Below, piece after piece: positions 6,222-7,818 of a stretch of 7,818 bases of DNA. Positions within the stretch are counted from its first letter, which is position 1. Each line of letters opens with the position of its first letter. The stretch spans positions 1-7,818 of the forward strand of contig CAZYLT010000046.1 of the NCBI GenBank assembly GCA_964648855.1, read 5' to 3'. This stretch comes from an uncultured archaeon (GTDB taxonomy: Archaea; Asgardarchaeota; Thorarchaeia; Thorarchaeales; Thorarchaeaceae). Position numbers and translations under genes: made by a program. The notes below the pieces were generated by a model, which did no database searches, had not been told where the DNA came from, and worked only from the letters and a program-made list of their open reading frames with translations.

Positions 6222-6860
6222 GATACTGTCGACCGGACACAGGAGGAAGAGGAAATTCCAGACTTTTTCAAAGTAGTGGAAAAGAGCTATGATAAGATGG
6301 GAGAAACCTATCACAACTTCAGAGATAATGATAAATTCATCCAACAGCTGGAGCGATTCTCGGCACTACTCCCGCGTTCAGGGAAGGTATTGGACGCAGG
6401 TAGTGGTGTCGGAAGACCTACATCAGAATTTCTAGCAAAGAAAGGATTCGATGTAATAGGGGTTGACATTTCCAACAAGATGGTGCAGCTAGCAACAGCT
6501 AACGTTCCCGAAGCTAGATTCTATCAGAGAAACATTCTCACTCTGGAGTTCCCAGATGATTCGTTTGATGGCATTATCTGTGTCTACACTCTGTGGCATA
6601 TTCCACGATCCGACCACGCGGCCATCATCCAGAACTTTCATCGCATGCTGAAAGAAGACGGCATACTGGTACTCAATACAGGCACCTATGAGTCTGAAGG
6701 CATGAGCGACTTTTTTGGACAGCCGATGTTGTGGAGTACTAATAATCCGAAGAAGACATTAGGAGCGGTGAAAGATTTAGGATTTGAGATAGTATTTGAG
6801 GGAAGATTGAAATTAGGCGGAGAGAGGCAATACTGGATATTTGCCAGAAAACGCGCTTAG
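6183..6860 (+). CDS. Class I SAM-dependent methyltransferase (start uncertain; possibly ATT at 6255)
   Basis: Motif I VLDAGSGVG, then VIGVDIS..M, FPDDSFDGI, LWHIP and LKEDG.L. The coordinates give the maximal ORF; a strong SD at 6241-6246 points to a start at 6255. Confidence 0.9.
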   Translation: MYTIIHSFQIVYIDTVDRTQEEEEIPDFFKVVEKSYDKMGETYHNFRDNDKFIQQLERFSALLPRSGKVLDAGSGVGRPTSEFLAKKGFDVIGVDISNKMVQLATANVPEARFYQRNILTLEFPDDSFDGIICVYTLWHIPRSDHAAIIQNFHRMLKEDGILVLNTGTYESEGMSDFFGQPMLWSTNNPKKTLGAVKDLGFEIVFEGRLKLGGERQYWIFARKRA

Positions 6861-6877
6861 TGTCAAGAGGTGCTATC

Positions 6878-6895
6878 TTTTCAGAGGGATGAAAA
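6878..6895. terminator. Small hairpin between convergent genes, possible terminator
   Basis: TTTTCA-GAGGGA-TGAAAA in the 40-bp gap between two convergent stop codons. The stem is AT-rich and weak. Confidence 0.25.
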
Positions 6896-6900
6896 CAGAC

Positions 6901-7617
6901 CTACGAGTTGGACCTAGCTACGAGGATTTGCTGAATTGGTTCATCTGACTCTCTCTTTACATGTCGCCTGATGATTTCTGCTGTGGGCAATAAGCAACCA
7001 ATGGTTATGGCTGCAGCCCAGATTCTTGCTTGCCAGATGCTGAGGCCTCCAGACTCCTGCCTTAGAGTGATATCTAATGCTAGGCTGCAGAGGAAATTCG
7101 TCAAGTTCCCCTCGCAAACTGTAAGATTGTACTGCCAAAGGAGTTCCACTCTCTGTCGCTGGTCAATTGGTGAGACATAGGTGATATTGAAATCATCAGT
7201 AAGAATAGGAGCAGGTCCAGGCTGACCAGAAACAAATTCGGTATGCCAGGATTTCGAGTAGTTTGCGGGGGAGAGGACAATAGATAAGTTCTCCTGCCAT
7301 GCATATTCGCCATTATTTAGTGTGAATGAAGAATCCCATGAGAATGAAAGACTATTGTAGTAATGGGTGGAATTCAGGGGAAAACGGAGAGCCCAATTTG
7401 CAACTACTGACTCATTATCTCCGAGAGCATGTGCAAAATATCCTCCCCCTTGTGGCAAATCACTGGGACAGTCAAATCCCTCCTCAGAATGTAGTAGCTG
7501 GATATTCATGGTTTGTGTCGATGTCTTCTTCAGCGAGAGTGAGATGAGGAAGAAGGAAGTAGCTAGCACCGCACCGATGATCACTAATGCAATGAATTCC
7601 TCTCTTTGGAGCTGCAT
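6901..7617 (-). CDS. Hypothetical membrane glycoprotein (N- and C-terminal TM helices, extracellular beta-rich domain)
   Basis: N-terminal TM FIALVIIGAVLATSFFLISL, C-terminal TM IWAAAITIGCLLP followed by RRHVKR, seven N-x-S/T sequons between them, and GGAGGG SD upstream. Confidence 0.75.
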   Translation of the reverse strand: MQLQREEFIALVIIGAVLATSFFLISLSLKKTSTQTMNIQLLHSEEGFDCPSDLPQGGGYFAHALGDNESVVANWALRFPLNSTHYYNSLSFSWDSSFTLNNGEYAWQENLSIVLSPANYSKSWHTEFVSGQPGPAPILTDDFNITYVSPIDQRQRVELLWQYNLTVCEGNLTNFLCSLALDITLRQESGGLSIWQARIWAAAITIGCLLPTAEIIRRHVKRESDEPIQQILVARSNS

Positions 7618-7751
7618 CCATCAGACCCTCCATAAAGATACCTATACTGAAATACAGCGAAACGGAGTTCTCCGCTCTCACGTAATGGAAACATGGATAA
7701 GCTAATAAGTTCAATCCATAGACCGAGTAAACGCTACACGCTTTTACCCAT

Positions 7752-7818
7752 GGCCTAGCTGGTGTAACGGTAGCATAGGGGATTGTGGACGTCACTTTCT
7801 GCGGCAAAACTCCCCTGA
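7752..7818 (+). tRNA. trnH: tRNA-His(GUG), intron-containing, 3' part truncated by the window end
   Basis: G-1 at 7752, acceptor 5' strand GCCTAGC (7753-7759), D-arm GTGT-AACGGTA-GCAT, anticodon stem GGGGA (7778-7782)/TCCCC (7811-7815) and anticodon GTG at 7785-7787. The T-arm and acceptor 3' strand lie outside the window. Confidence 0.9.
7789..7809 (+). other. 21-nt archaeal tRNA intron at canonical position 37/38 with BHB motif
   Basis: Central 4-bp helix TTGT (7783-7786)/GCAA (7804-7807), 3-nt bulges GGA (7787-7789) and AAC (7808-7810), and flanking helices A31-T39 and CG(7790-7791)/CG(7802-7803). Confidence 0.87.

Noticed and set aside
6941-7807. Six small ORFs overlapping the membrane glycoprotein gene and the tRNA
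   Set aside because: Alternative-frame or antisense overlaps; 7484-7807 runs through the tRNA.
7790-7810. Alternative intron boundary at 38/39 giving an A38 loop
   Set aside because: BHB geometry places the cuts after 7788 and 7809.
1-7818. CRISPR array, IS element, integrase or anti-phage system
   Set aside because: I saw no regularly spaced repeats, terminal inverted repeats, or recombinase/nuclease motifs by eye.

Overview
An archaeal chromosomal segment. The domain call rests mainly on a tRNA intron folded as a bulge-helix-bulge (BHB) motif, with support from an archaemetzincin gene, GGAGG/GGTG-type ribosome-binding sites and sequon-rich surface proteins. An Asgard/Thorarchaeota-like origin is only a guess. 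The window holds 11 credible CDSs in mixed orientation: NikR, a DUF362 protein, a membrane-anchored surface protein with PepSY-like repeats and a CxxC, a TIGR04076 Cys-rich small protein, an archaemetzincin Zn-protease, a GrpB/UPF0157 protein, a 4-TM membrane protein, a VOC/glyoxalase-fold protein, a class I/II PLP aminotransferase, a class I SAM methyltransferase and a 2-TM glycoprotein. It ends inside an intron-containing tRNA-His(GUG) with an encoded G-1. No transposase, integrase, CRISPR array or defence gene is visible. The most notable signals are the BHB intron, a candidate NikR operator (GTGTCAC-N15-GTGTCAC), a probable AUU start for the methyltransferase, hairpins covering two ribosome-binding sites, and a possible metal/redox cluster at 1-3112. 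I cannot show a clearly new multi-gene system; the cluster ideas are hypotheses.
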